DNA of 64,000 nucleotides from Dictyostelium discoideum (Eukaryota): NCBI GenBank assembly GCA_000004695.1, contig CM000152.2, positions 3,776,001 to 3,840,000 of the forward strand, read 5' to 3'. Shown piece by piece: positions 32,603 to 49,513 of this stretch (position 1 is its first letter; each line of letters starts with the position of its first letter). The notes under the pieces were generated by a model. It saw only the letters and a program-made list of their open reading frames with translations, ran no database searches and was not told where the DNA came from. The position numbers and the translations under genes were made by a program.

Positions 32603-32924
32603 TTAATTTTTATATTCTTCAATCATTTTAACTATTTCATCAACTATTTCTTTAACTCTTTTTTCTTTTTCTTTTAATTCTTGTTGTTTAATTTCTTCAC
32701 TTGGATACTCATAATTCTTTGCAGTATCTATTAATTTTAATAATTCAATATAATCTTTTTCTTTCAATCTTTGTTTTTGTTGTTGGTACTCTTTATTATT
32801 TTTTTGATTATTTTTTTCATTTCCCTTTGTTTGTGTTTCATTTATTTCTTGTACATCATCAAATGATATTTCAATTTGAGGGTTTTCTAATTCATTTATT
32901 TTTTCAATATTATTGTTAGAAATC

Positions 32925-32992
<68 letters not shown>

Positions 32993-33091
32993 TTATTATT
33001 TTTTTTTTTTTTTTTTTTTTTTTAAAGTAAATTAATAAAATTAAAATTAAAGAAAAAATTAGTTAAAAAAAAATAAATAGGAAATTACCAT
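32603..33091 (-). CDS. Small Lys/Glu-rich coiled-coil-type protein of about 107 aa. Proposed exons on minus: 33091..33089 (ATG only) and 32923..32603.
   Basis: The minus strand has a 106-codon open frame: [106 protein letters not shown]. It is absent from the ORF track because it has no start codon; it begins at AATAATAAG|. An ATG immediately followed by GTAATT lies 165 nt upstream at 33091..33086, giving an ATG-only first exon in phase 0. The intron would contain (AAT)n and poly(A). Confidence 0.4.
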
Positions 33092-33818
33092 TTAAAATTT
33101 ATTTGTTTGGTTCAGTATCAATTAAAAAAAAATAGTATAAAAGAAAAAAAATAAAAATAAATATTCAAATATACAAGAAAAAAAAAAAAAAAAAAAAAAA
33201 AATTTAAAAATAAATATGCTCATACTCTCTCAACAAAACTACAAAGTGTGTGTGTGTGTGATGTATTAATTTTTGTGTGATTTCATCTCTACATTTCTTG
33301 TTAACATAAATTTATATTATTATTATTATAATAATTTTAAGTAATTATCAACTCTCATTCATTTTTTATTATTTTTAAAATTAATGAATAAAATAAGTGT
33401 AAGTGTGCAATTTTTTATTTTTTTTTTTTTTTTTTTTTTTTATTTTTTTTTTATTTTTTTTTTTTTTTATTACTATAATTTTTATTTTTATTTTTTTCTT
33501 TTATTACTATAATTTTTTAAAAAAAATATTAAAGATTTTTTTTATATTCTTGAGGATTTTAAGTATCATTTTAAACAACTATTTTTGAAATCCATAAGGA
33601 AAAATATCTTTTTAATTATATTTTTTTAATTTTTTTATTTATTATTTTTTTTTTTCAAAAAAAAATATCTTCCTTATCCAAGATATTTTTATTTTTTTAA
33701 AAATATCTGTAATTTTCAATTTTTTTTTTATTTTCAGTATATTTAGTTCCACAAAAATATCATGACGACTGTTGTGGGAAATGATTGATGATAAAAAATA
33801 CCAATGACACCAAAAAAC

Positions 33819-33852
<34 letters not shown>

Positions 33853-33914
33853 TTTACAATATAAATTTCTTTTTTTATTTTTTATTTTTTATTTTTTTAA
33901 ATTATAAAGATACA

Positions 33915-38700
<4,786 letters not shown>

Positions 38701-38958
38701 ACAAAAATTATAATAATAAAAATAAAACCCATTATTTTCATTTATAATATATAAACTTTATATATTATAAATAAAAATAGAAAGTGAAGAAATGGAAACT
38801 AAAAAATTAAAAAAAAAATAAAAATAAAATAATTATGATAAAAACTAGTTATAGTGTTTTTACACTAATGTTTTTTAAATTAATCTGATAAAAAAAAAAA
38901 AAATAAAAAAATTAAAAAAAAAAAACAACTATTTTTATTAATGAATATATATATGCCG

Positions 38959-41323
38959 TTATTGAATAGTTTGTTCAGCAAGAATAATATCACCATCTTT
39001 AATATTTAATGATAAAATTGAATCATTTGTGGTGTATGGTTTACCATTAAATGAGAATTTCAAGTGATTAATATTAATTTTTTCTTTGGTTGCATCCTCC
39101 AATTTATTTAATTTCACTTTTTTATTAACTCTAAAGTGAATAAATTTACATATTGAAGAACCATCACTTGAACGAGTATTTGTTTGAACTTTAATAATAA
39201 TTTCATCATCTATATTAAAACCATTTTCTACCTTTTCTTTTTCTTTTTCTTTTTCATTTTCCTGATTTTTGCTTTCTCTTTCATCATCATTTTCATATTC
39301 TCTTTCTCTTTTTTTTGATGATGGGAATGGGGGTTTAGAAGGTACTGAAGAACTTTGAGTTAAAGAAGGAACCCAAATATCTGAATAATAGCGACTCTTT
39401 TCAAAATATGATTGATACAATTTTAAAGTTCTATTATTATGTATATAAAAAAAAAAAAGTTAATAAAATTAATTTAATTTAAACATATATATATATAATA
39501 TATATATAATTTACATACTTTTGATAATTTATTTCTTTAATATTTAAATCATCAGATGAAAAAGGATCAGTATGAATTTCTACACCTAAAATTTTATGAA
39601 AATTATAATAACTAAATGAATCTAAAACGTGAGAATTCCAAAATGATTCCAAGATTGGTGGTGGTTGTATTGATGATCTTTGAAAAACAAAAACTTGATT
39701 ATGACTAACCTCTTGATCATTCTCTTTAGTTGGTGTATCTTCAAATATCTTTAAAATTAAGAATCTAACATACTCTGAAGCTAAACTAAATCCAAATTTA
39801 TCTAAATTCGATCTACAAATAAGTGGATAAAAATTAAAACTATTCATTACTCTTGTTTCATAACTTCTAATATTTAATCTAATTTTTCTTCTTATTATTT
39901 CAATTTCATCATTAATTAAATTATTATCATTCATTTCATCATCTTGAATAAAATTTAATACTGATTGTGGTTTTTTTGAAAAAAGTATACTTTTTTTTTC
40001 ATCTTCATATTCATTTACATTTTCTTTTTCTTTTTCATTTTCTTTTTCTTTTTCTTTTTCTTTTTCATTTTCTTTTTCTTTTTCTTTTTCTTTTTCTTTT
40101 TCTTTTTCTTTTTCTTTTTCTTTTTCTTTTTCTATTTCTATTTCTATTTCTTTTTGTTTTTGTTTTTGTTTTTCATCTATTATTGAAGACGATTTTTGTG
40201 TTGGCTCTGTTGTAGTTGAAGTTGTTGTTTTTTTGGTTGGTGTAAGTTTATTTTTTTTGTCGTTACTTGGTACTCGAATAGTGAGAACATTATTTCTTGT
40301 TATTATTTCTTTATTTTCACTTTTATTATCCACTTTATCATATTGATTATTATTTATTGGTATTGGTGTTGATGTTGTTGTCGATGATAATAATGATGAT
40401 AATGGTAATGATTCTTTCGATGTGGATGTTGATTTTAATGATGTTGTTGATGTTGATGTTGATGTTGATGTTGATGTTGATGTTGATGTTGATGTTGATG
40501 TTGATGTTGATGTTGATGTTGATGTTGATATTGATGTTGATCTAGGTGTTGATCTAGATGTTGATGTTGATGGTGTTGATGTTGATGGTGTTGTTGATGT
40601 TGATGGTGTTGATGTTGATGGCGTTGTTGATGGCATTGGTGTTGTTGATTTTGATGGTGTTGTCGATTTTGATGGTGATTTTGATGGTGTTGATTTTGAT
40701 GGTGATTTTGATGGTGTTGGTGGTGCTCCATATTCTTTTAATGTAATATAAAATGTTCTAAAATGCATGTGAGCACTAACAAATTCATTTGGAAAACTTT
40801 TTAAAACCCCTTCAATACTTTCTAAATTATCAGAGAATAATGATGTTTTAATATTTAATATATCATTATGTGTTGCTATATATGTTTGAATATCATAAGC
40901 ATTGAAATAATTTAAATAGACTTCATTAAGCGCTAATTTTCTTTCCGTAATTGGAAATTTATAAGTCTCATTTAAATGAGCTTGGATCTTTATTAAATTT
41001 AAAATCGTAAATTTTACAATATCTTTAAATTGTGACTTATTTGTTGGTATCTCCACATTGTTATTATTTGATTTTTGTTGTTTTTGACAAAGATAACATA
41101 TACATTGTGTTGATTCAAATTTTGTTAACAAAAGTAGTTCTTTAATTTTGTAAATGTGAAAAGCTCTTGATTGTTCTCTTAATTTTATCTTATTACTAAC
41201 TGCAATTTGATGTAATTCTGTTATTGGTAATCCTTCTAATATCCTTGAATTATGTGTATAAAGTGATTTTTCACTTGATTTAACGCTAAATTTTATAATT
41301 ATATCTTGACTCGCTTTCTCCAT
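38959..41323 (-). CDS. Ser/Thr/Pro-rich protein with a C-terminal SUMO-like (Rad60-SLD-type) ubiquitin-fold domain. Exons on minus: 41323..39519, 39430..38959.
   Basis: Exon 1 runs MEKASQDIIIKFSVKS… through PTPSKSPSKSTPSK and (ST)n hexanucleotide repeats, then (KE)n repeats, to …DLNIKEINYQ. A GTATGT..AATAATAG intron (phase 2) joins …K TLKLYQSYFEK… to the terminal domain IIIKVQTNTRSSDGSSICKFIHFRVNKKVKLNKLEDATKEKININHLKFSFNGKPYTTNDSILSLNIKDGDIILAEQTIQ*. That domain aligns position-by-position with the SUMO core (IHFKVK…LRFLFEGQRI…L.MEDEDVIEV). There is no C-terminal GG. Confidence 0.6.
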
Positions 41324-41364
41324 TTTATCTCCTTTTTATTTAAATTTTCTTTTTTTTTTTTTTT

Positions 41365-41475
41365 CTATGTTTTTGTTTTTGTTTTTGTTTTTGTTTTTGT
41401 TTTGTTTTTGTTTTTGTTTTTGTTTTTGTTTTTGTTTTTGTTTTTGTTTTTGTTTTTGTTTTTGTTTTTGTTTTT
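41365..41475. repeat. (GTTTTT)n hexanucleotide microsatellite in the 5' flank of the SUMO-like-domain gene
   Basis: About 18 tandem gttttt units immediately upstream of the minus-strand ATG at 41323. Confidence 0.9.
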
Positions 41476-41593
41476 TCAATTTAGGTTGTATATATAAACA
41501 AATAAAAAATACACATAAACAAAAATAAACAATAATATTAATAGAATTTAAAATTACAAAAAATAAAATAAATAAAAAAAAAATTGTTTTGGG

Positions 41594-41627
<34 letters not shown>

Positions 41628-42141
41628 CAAAAAAAAAAAAAACAAAAATCTTTTTGATTTTTTTTTTTTTCCCTAAAAATAGCGAATTACAGATAGTATG
41701 AGTTTCATTAAAACTTCAAAAGTTTAAAAAAATTGTAAACTAATTTTTTTTTTTTTTTTTTCCATTTGCAAAATTGATTTTTTTTTTTTTTTATCCATTT
41801 GCAAAACTGATTTTTTTTTTTTTTTTTTTCCCATATTCAACACTTGCCTGCACCCGAGATTCTATCTTTTAAAAATTAATTTCCCACAAACAAAACAAAA
41901 TCTCAAATTTAAAATTAAAAAAAAAAAAAATAAATAAAAAAAAAATAAATAAATAAATAAATAAATAAAATTTTAAATTTTATAAATAGATAAATGAAAA
42001 TAAAATAAAAGATTATTTTTAATAAAAAAAAAAAATTTTAATGGGTGCGATTTTTATTTTAAATAATTTATTATTACAATTGAAGTAATATTTAAAGTAT
42101 ATATATTATGTATATTATATATGTGTGTATATATTATATTA

Positions 42142-42512
42142 TCAACTACATGAACCTCCTGAACCTTTACCACCATGACCATGTGGTCCATGACCATGAC
42201 CATGATTATGTGATCCGCCTTTTCCTCCACAACTACCACCACTTGATTTAGCTCCACCGGTTAAATCACCACAACCACCACTACCACTACCACTACCACT
42301 ACCACAACTACCACTACCAACACTACATGCAATTGAATTTGAACCCATACTTGTTCCAATACCAAATGATGCCAAACTAGATTTTGAACTTGTCATTGAA
42401 CTTGACATTGATGAGATTGATGCTAATAATTTATTAATTTAATTAGTATTTAATTTATTTTTAAAAAAAAAAGGCAAATAAAATTTTTTATATACTTACA
42501 AAAGAGTGTCAT
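42142..42512 (-). CDS. Small Gly/Ser/His/Cys-rich protein, hssA/2C/7E-family-like (copy 1, about 97 aa). Exons on minus: 42512..42500 (ATGACACTCTTTT) and 42422..42142.
   Basis: ATG ACA CTC TTT T is followed by GTAAGT. A 77-nt intron ends TTATTAG. The phase-1 join gives [97 protein letters not shown]. The MTL(F/L)SSISS N-terminus and single 5' intron are characteristic of Dictyostelium hssA/sigN-type genes. I recognise this from family knowledge, not from a database match. Confidence 0.6.
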
Positions 42513-43093
42513 TTTATTTTATTTTTTAAAATTTAATTTTAATTTGATTTGATTTGATTTATTTATATTATAATTCGTTTAATGAAAAAAAAAAAAAAGA
42601 ATAACTTTAAATTTATACTTTTTTTTTAAAGAATATTAAATCAAATCTCTTTTTTAAAAAATTATTCTTTTGTAAACTAACCAATTTTTTACAAATGTCA
42701 AAGTCTAAAAGGTTACCACAAAATTCAAATAAAGAATACATGGTTTAGTTTTTTCATTTATTTTTGTAAATATTCATTTTTTGACAGATTATACAAAAAC
42801 GGATAAAAATATATAAAATTGAAATTTCTAATTGATAAACAAATTTGTTTTTATTCAGATATAACACATCCCACAATTTTTATTAAATATTAAATAATTT
42901 ATGGTGGTAATGAAATAATAAAAAATAAACCCATAGAATATATAACAATACCCACATTTCAATTAATTTTAATTTTAACCTAAAAATAATATTCATGACC
43001 AACTTACAATTCAATTTTAATTTTATTTTGAAAAACATAACAACAAACCATTTGTATAATTTTAATTTTTTTATTAATAATAGAATCAAAAGG

Positions 43094-43131
<38 letters not shown>

Positions 43132-43710
43132 TATATTATATTAAATCTTTAATTTTATTGGTTTTAATTCATTTTTAGTTTTTTTTGATTTCTAATTATT
43201 TTTTATAAATGATATCATCTTCTTTTCAAAATGCCATAGTGCATAGATAAATCTTTCCTTTCTCTGACATTTGATTCGAATTGATTCATTTTATTTGTTT
43301 AGAAATAATATTAATATGATGATGATCAACCTTTCTTTATGATATAGTGCATAGATAAATCTTTCCTTTCTCTATCATTTTAATGGTATTGATTCATATA
43401 TTATCTAGATTATAATTGAATTTTAACCATTTTTAATTGGTAAAATTACTCTATAAAAAAAAATAATAAAGTTAGATTAAAATTGTTATTTTTTTATTTA
43501 TTAATTTTTTTTTATGGCTTTACCTTTTTTATATTTTTAAAGTATCAATCAACTATTATCTAAACCTTTTTAATTGTTAGAGTTAGATTTATTTTATATT
43601 TGTTATTTTTTTTTTACATTTGTATAAATGATTTTTTCAAAAAACTTTCTATTTATACTCGATCATTTATCATAATAAAATTTAATTTTTATTTTTAGAT
43701 TTATTTATAA

Positions 43711-43760
<50 letters not shown>

Positions 43761-43792
43761 TGGTTAATCAACTAGAAAAATAAAAAAATTAA

Positions 43793-43831
<39 letters not shown>

Positions 43832-44211
43832 CTAAATAAATAAATAAACAAATAAATAAACAAATGAATTAATAAATAAAAAATAATAAATAATAAATTT
43901 CAGTATCAAGGTTCAAATTCTGTAGTAAATCTTAAGAGTACTACTGGTGAAAGGATTGATCAAGTTTAGGAAGAAGTTGATAATTATTTAATACAGGATT
44001 AAAATAATTTTTAAAATTCCCAAATAAACAAGATTTAATGGTGCAATGAAATAGTACATTTTTAAATTTAATATATAGATAATTAAAAATAAAAATAAAA
44101 TATTATTTTGAAAAAAAAAAAAAATTAAAATAGGAGCGATTTTTATTTTAAATAATTTATTATTACAATTGAAGTAATATTTAAAGTATATATATGTGTG
44201 TATATATTATA

Positions 44212-44578
44212 TTAACAACTACATGAACCTCCTGAACCTTTACCACCATGACCATGTGGTCCATGACCATTACCATGGCCATGATTATGAGGTCCACCTT
44301 TTCCTCCACAACTACCACCACTTGATTTAGCTCCACCGGTTAAATCACCACAACCACCACTACCACTACCACAACCACCACCACCACTACCGACACTACA
44401 TGCAATTGAATTTGAACCCATACTTGTTCCACTACCAAATGATGAGAAACTAGATCTTGAGCTTGTCATTGAACTTGACATTGATGAGATTGATGCTAAT
44501 AATTTATTAATTTAATTAGTAATTTAAAAAAAAAAAAAAGTAAATAAAATTTTTTAAAAACTTACAAAAGAGTGTCAT
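44212..44578 (-). CDS. hssA/2C/7E-family-like small protein, copy 2. Exons on minus: 44578..44566 and 44495..44212.
   Basis: Same 13-nt first exon (ATGACACTCTTTT|GTAAGT) and acceptor. The product is [59 protein letters not shown]…[28 protein letters not shown]. It differs from copies 1 and 3 by indels in the Gly and His-Gly repeats. Confidence 0.6.
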
Positions 44579-44720
44579 TTTATTTTATTTATTTTATTTT
44601 GATTTGATTTGATTTATTTTATATTTGGTATTTTAATAATTAGTTTAATGGAAAAAAAATTAAAAATAACTTTTAATTTATACTTTTTTTTTTTTTTTTT
44701 TAAGAATATTAAATCAAATC

Positions 44721-44767
<47 letters not shown>

Positions 44768-46027
44768 ATTTTAATTATTCTTATTTGTAAATAAACCAAT
44801 TTTTTACAAATGTCAAAGTCAAAAAGGTTACCACAAAATTCAAATAAAACAAAAAACTTGGTTTTATTATTTTATTTATTTTGTAAATATTCATTTTTTG
44901 ACAGATTATACAAAAACGGATAAAAATATATAAAATTGAAATTTCTAATTGATAAACAAATTAGTTTTTATTCAAATATACCACATCCCACAATTTTTAT
45001 TAAATATTAAATAATTTATGGTGGTAATGAAATAATAAAAAATAAACCCATAGAATATATAACAATACCCCCATTTCAATTAATTTTAATTTTAACCTAA
45101 AAATAATATTCATGACCAACTTACAATTCAATTTTAATTTTATTTTGAAAAACATAACAACAAACCATTTGTATAATTTTAATTTTTTTATTAATAATAG
45201 AATCAAAAGAAAATTTAAAAAAAAAAAAAATAAAATAAAATTTATTTTATTTTATTAAACCTTTTTAATTTAATTATTGAGTTTTATTTTATTTTTAGTT
45301 TTTGATTTCTAATTTTTTATTTAAAAATGACATCATCTTCTTTTCAAAATGCCATAGTTCATAGATAAATCTTTCCTTTATCTGACATTTGATTTGAATT
45401 GATTCATTTTATTTGTTTAGAAATAATATTAATATGATGATGATCAACCTTTCTTTATGATATAGTGCATAGATAAATCTTTCCTTTCTATCATTTTAAT
45501 GGTTTTGATTCATATATTATATTTTCTAGATTATAATATAAACCATTTTTATTAGGTAAAATTACTCTATAAAAAATAATAATAAAGTTAGATTTAAATT
45601 GTTATTTATTTTTTTATTTTATTTTTTTTATTTTACATTTTTTTATATTTTAAACTATCAATGAACTATTATCTAAACCTTTTTAATTGTTAGAGTTAGA
45701 TTTATTTTCTATTTGTTATTTTTTTTTTTACATTTGTATAAATGATTATTTTTTTTTTTTTTTTACTGGTGAAAGGATTGATCAAGTTTAGGAAGAAGTT
45801 AATAAATATTTAATACAGAATTAAAATAATTTTTAATATTCCCAAATAAACAAGATTTAATGGTGCAATGAAATAGTACTTTTTTTAATTTTAATATATA
45901 GATAAATAAAAATAAAAATAAAATATTATTTTTAAAAAAAAATTTAAATAGGAGCGATTTTTATTTTAAATAATTTATTATTACAATTGAAGTAATATTT
46001 AAAGTATATATATGTGTATATATTATA

Positions 46028-46398
46028 TTAACAACTACATGAACCTCCTGAACCTTTACCACCATGACCATGTGGTCCATGACCATGTCCATGACCATGA
46101 TTATGAGATCCACCTTTTCCTCCACAACTACCACCACTTGATTTAGCTCCACCGGTTAAATCACCACAACCACCACTACCACTACCACTACCACAACTAC
46201 CACTACCTACACTACATGCAATTGAATTTGAACCCATACTTGTTCCACTACCAAATGATGCGATACTTGATCTTGAACTTGTCATAGAGCTTGACATTGA
46301 TGAGATTGATGCTAATAATTTAATAAATTAATTAGTAATTAAATTATTTAAAAAAAAAAAGGTAAACAAAATTTTATATACTTACAAAAGAGTGTCAT
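46028..46398 (-). CDS. hssA/2C/7E-family-like small protein, copy 3. Exons on minus: 46398..46386 and 46311..46028.
   Basis: Same structure. The product is [59 protein letters not shown]…[26 protein letters not shown]. Confidence 0.6.
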
Positions 46399-46526
46399 TT
46401 TATTTTTTAAAATTTTATTTTAATTTGATTTGATTTGATTTCTTTATTTTAAAAATTCGTTTAATGAAAATAAAAAAAAGATAAACATTTAATTTATACT
46501 TTTTTTTAAGAATATTAAATCAAATC

Positions 46527-46564
<38 letters not shown>

Positions 46565-47429
46565 TTCTAATTGTAAATTAACCAATTTTTTACAAATGTC
46601 AAAGTCAAAAAGGTTACCACAATATTCAAATAAAACAAAATACTTTGTTTAGTTATTTTATTTATTTTTGTAAATATTCGTTTTTGACAGATTATACAAA
46701 AACGGATAAAAATATATAAAATTGAAATTTCTAATTGATAAACAAATTAGTTTTTATTCAACGAAACCACATCCCAAAATTTTTATTAAATATTAAATAA
46801 TTAAATAATTTATGGTGGTAATGGAATAATAAAAATAAACCCATAGAAAATATAACAATACCCCCATTCCAATTAATTTTAATTTTAACCTAAAAATAAT
46901 ATTAATGACCAACTTACTATTCAATTTTAATTTTATTTTGAAAAACATAAAAACAAACCATTTGTATAATTTTAATTTTTTATTAATAGATATTTTAATT
47001 TTTTAATAGATATTTTAGAATTAAAAAGAAATAGTTTTTTAAATTAATTTAATTGATATTTTAAACAATAATGAAAAAAAAAAAACATATTTTATTAAAC
47101 CTTTTTAATTTTTTATTTTATTTTTAGTTTTATTTGATTTCTAATTATTTATTTATAAAATGATATCATCTTCTTTTCAAAATGCCATAGTGCATAGATA
47201 AATCTTTCCTTTCTCTGACATTTGATTAGAATTGATTCATTTTATTTGTTTAGAAATAATATTTAAATGATCAACCTTTCTTCATGATTTAGTGCATAGA
47301 TAAATCTTTCCTTTCTCTATCATTTGATTGGTATTGATATTATCTAGATTATAATTGAAAGTAAACCATTTTTATTTGGTAAAATTACTATAAAAAAATA
47401 ATATTAAAGTTAGATTTAAATTGTTATTT

Positions 47430-47447
47430 ATTTATTTATTTATATAT

Positions 47448-47510
<63 letters not shown>
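47430..47510. repeat. (ATTT)n microsatellite
   Basis: tttatttatttattt… about 20 units at the distal end of the third repeat unit. Confidence 0.9.
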
Positions 47511-47512
<2 letters not shown>

Positions 47513-47988
47513 TTTTTTTAATAACTTTACCTTTTTTTATTATATTTTTAACTGTCTATCAACTTTTATCTAAACCTTTTTAATTGTTAGAGTTAGATTT
47601 ATTTTCTATTTGTTATTTTTTTTTTTACATTTGTATAAATGATTATTTTTTTTTTTTTTCAAAAAACTTTCTATTTAAACTCTATCATTTATCAATTTTT
47701 TAAATTATTTGAAATTAAAAAAAGGAAATTTTACTATTTAAAGTAAAATCCAATAGCCAAAGAGAAAATTTCCATATCTGGAAATATTCAAAATAAGAAA
47801 ATGGTAAAAGGGTAATTTAATATATTCTTAGTTTCTTAATAAAATGTAATTTTTATTTTTAGATTTATTAAAAAAAAAATAAAAAAATAAAAAAAAAAAA
47901 AAAAAATATGATAACATATTTTATGATTATTTGTTTGAGAAATAAAATAATAAAAAATCACAAATAAAAAGAATTCTTAATTTATTTT

Positions 47989-48020
<32 letters not shown>

Positions 48021-48494
48021 AAAATGATTAAAAAGTGTTTTTTTTTTTTTTTTTATTTGTGTCACAATAAAAGTTTAAAATAAATGCTTAAAAATAATTA
48101 TATTTAAATAGTTTTAAAGTTTTAAATGCAAAACTTTAAATTTTTTTTATTTTTATTTTTTTTTTATTTATATATATTTAAATAATTAATAAAAAAAAAA
48201 TAAAAAAATGATCATTTTAGGTTTATTTCTAATTTTGGTTCATCTTTTTTTTTTTTTTTGGTACAATAAAACTTGTTACTGAACATACTGAAAGAACTTT
48301 GATGAGCCAATGGATGATTCGTAAAGTAGTAATCGATTAATATCCAATACCTATACTTTAGAGTGTGTTTTCTATCTCTTTGCTTTTTTTTTTTTTGATT
48401 TTTTTTTTTTTTTAATTTTTTTTTTTTTTTTGATTTTTTTTTTTTTTTTTTTTTTAATTACTATTTAATATCTAAAAATATAATAAAGCATTAA

Positions 48495-48752
48495 TTAATT
48501 CTCTTCATTTTCCCATTCTTCAGCTAATATTGCAACTAAATCTGGTAAAGGTACTCTTTTTGAGAAAACACCACCCCTATTTAAAAATTCTTCAGTAATT
48601 GTAACAGCATCTACTGATTTATATTTATTTACTGCACAATTTGGATTAGATGAAATAGCATCTCTCCATTTTTGATTAATTTTTTTCCAATTTTCAAATC
48701 CTAAAAAAAAAAAAAATTAGTTATTTTACTTGTTTGATTTTTCATCCCAACC

Positions 48753-48790
<38 letters not shown>

Positions 48791-48971
48791 TTTTCATATG
48801 AATTTGATATTCACCTTGATTTACATATCCAACTGGTACATCATTATCATTGTTGTTATTATTATTATTTTCCATACTATTATTATTATTATTATTATTA
48901 TTATTAGTGTTTATATTTATATTATTATTATTATTATTGATTTGGGTAACAGTGGTGGAGGTATTTGTCAT
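48495..48971 (-). CDS. Small hypothetical protein of about 120 aa. Two exons on minus: 48971..48815, 48700..48495.
   Basis: Exon 1 reads [52 protein letters not shown]. After GTGAAT…(114 nt)…TTTTAG in phase 1, exon 2 reads GFENWKKINQKWRDAISSNPNCAVNKYKSVDAVTITEEFLNRGGVFSKRVPLPDLVAILAEEWENEEN*. The second exon is non-repetitive and protein-like. The family is not recognised. Confidence 0.5.
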
Positions 48972-49255
48972 TATGGTTGGGAGTTTTTTTTTTAAAAAAA
49001 AAAATAAAATAAAAAAAATAAAATAAAAAAAAAAAAAAAAATAAAAAATAAAAACAAAAAAAAAAAAAATTAAAAAAATTAAAATAAATTAAAATTAACA
49101 CAAATTACTAATTTTTTTTTTTTTCATTTCATCATTTTATTTTGAAATTAGATGCACAATTCATCAAGATATAAAATTCCTAATATCAATATCAATAATA
49201 ATAACAATAATAAAAAATAAAAAAAAAAAATAAAAAAAAAAATAAAAATTAAAAA

Positions 49256-49461
49256 ATGATATCTCAATCTTCACCAGATGCATACAATTTCATGAAACCA
49301 TATATACCAAAAAGAGAAAACAGTTTCAAAGCAATCTTCATTCCAAATGATAGTAAAGTTGAACCTTTTGAAATTCATTTATCAAAAGATAAATTTTATG
49401 ATGAGTAATATCTTTTTAAAATTAAATTAAATTAAATCATCATTTTTAAAATACTAATAAT

Positions 49462-49513
<52 letters not shown>

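Larger units (their letters stand above)
42036..47700. repeat. Tandem array of three units of roughly 1.8-2.1 kb. Each carries one small hssA-like gene and a conserved roughly 350-bp sub-element.
   Basis: Near-identical blocks begin at about 42036, 44118 and 45948 (ggagcgatttttattttaaataatttattattacaattgaag…). ORF pairs are duplicated (42142..42408 / 44212..44481 / 46028..46297 and 42883..43089 / 45000..45206). The sub-element gatatcatcttcttttcaaaatgccatagtgcatagataaatctttcctttctct… recurs at about 43211, 45340 and 47165, with a solo copy at 63368. Confidence 0.9.

Noticed and set aside
39967-40751. Five overlapping ORFs on both strands over 39967..40751 (poly-Leu-Phe, VDVDVD, HQHQHQ, MLMLML)
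   Set aside because: All are frame or strand variants of the hexanucleotide (GAAAAG)n and (GATGTT)n repeats that encode the (KE)n and (ST)n blocks of the minus-strand SUMO-like-domain gene. Only that frame is continuous with flanking unique coding sequence.
42054-46152. ORFs 42054..42257 and 45961..46152 ([13 protein letters not shown]…[10 protein letters not shown]) and 42883..43089 / 45000..45206 (MILLLIKKLKLYKWF…)
   Set aside because: The first pair overlaps the hssA-like CDS in another frame, reading the GGT/CAT repeats. The second pair is conserved only because it sits in the tandem repeat. Its composition (K/L/I/F) is that of AT-rich non-coding DNA, and the copies differ by a frame-neutral substitution only.
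40020-47700. Possibility of a CRISPR array or prokaryotic tandem defence repeats (regular 6-bp repeats at 40020-40140, 41365-41475; 1.9-kb tandem units at 42-47.7 kb)
   Set aside because: The sequence is eukaryotic, with spliceosomal introns throughout and nuclear gene content. The short repeats are coding microsatellites with no spacers. The large units are gene-containing tandem duplications. There are no Cas genes and no repeat-spacer architecture.
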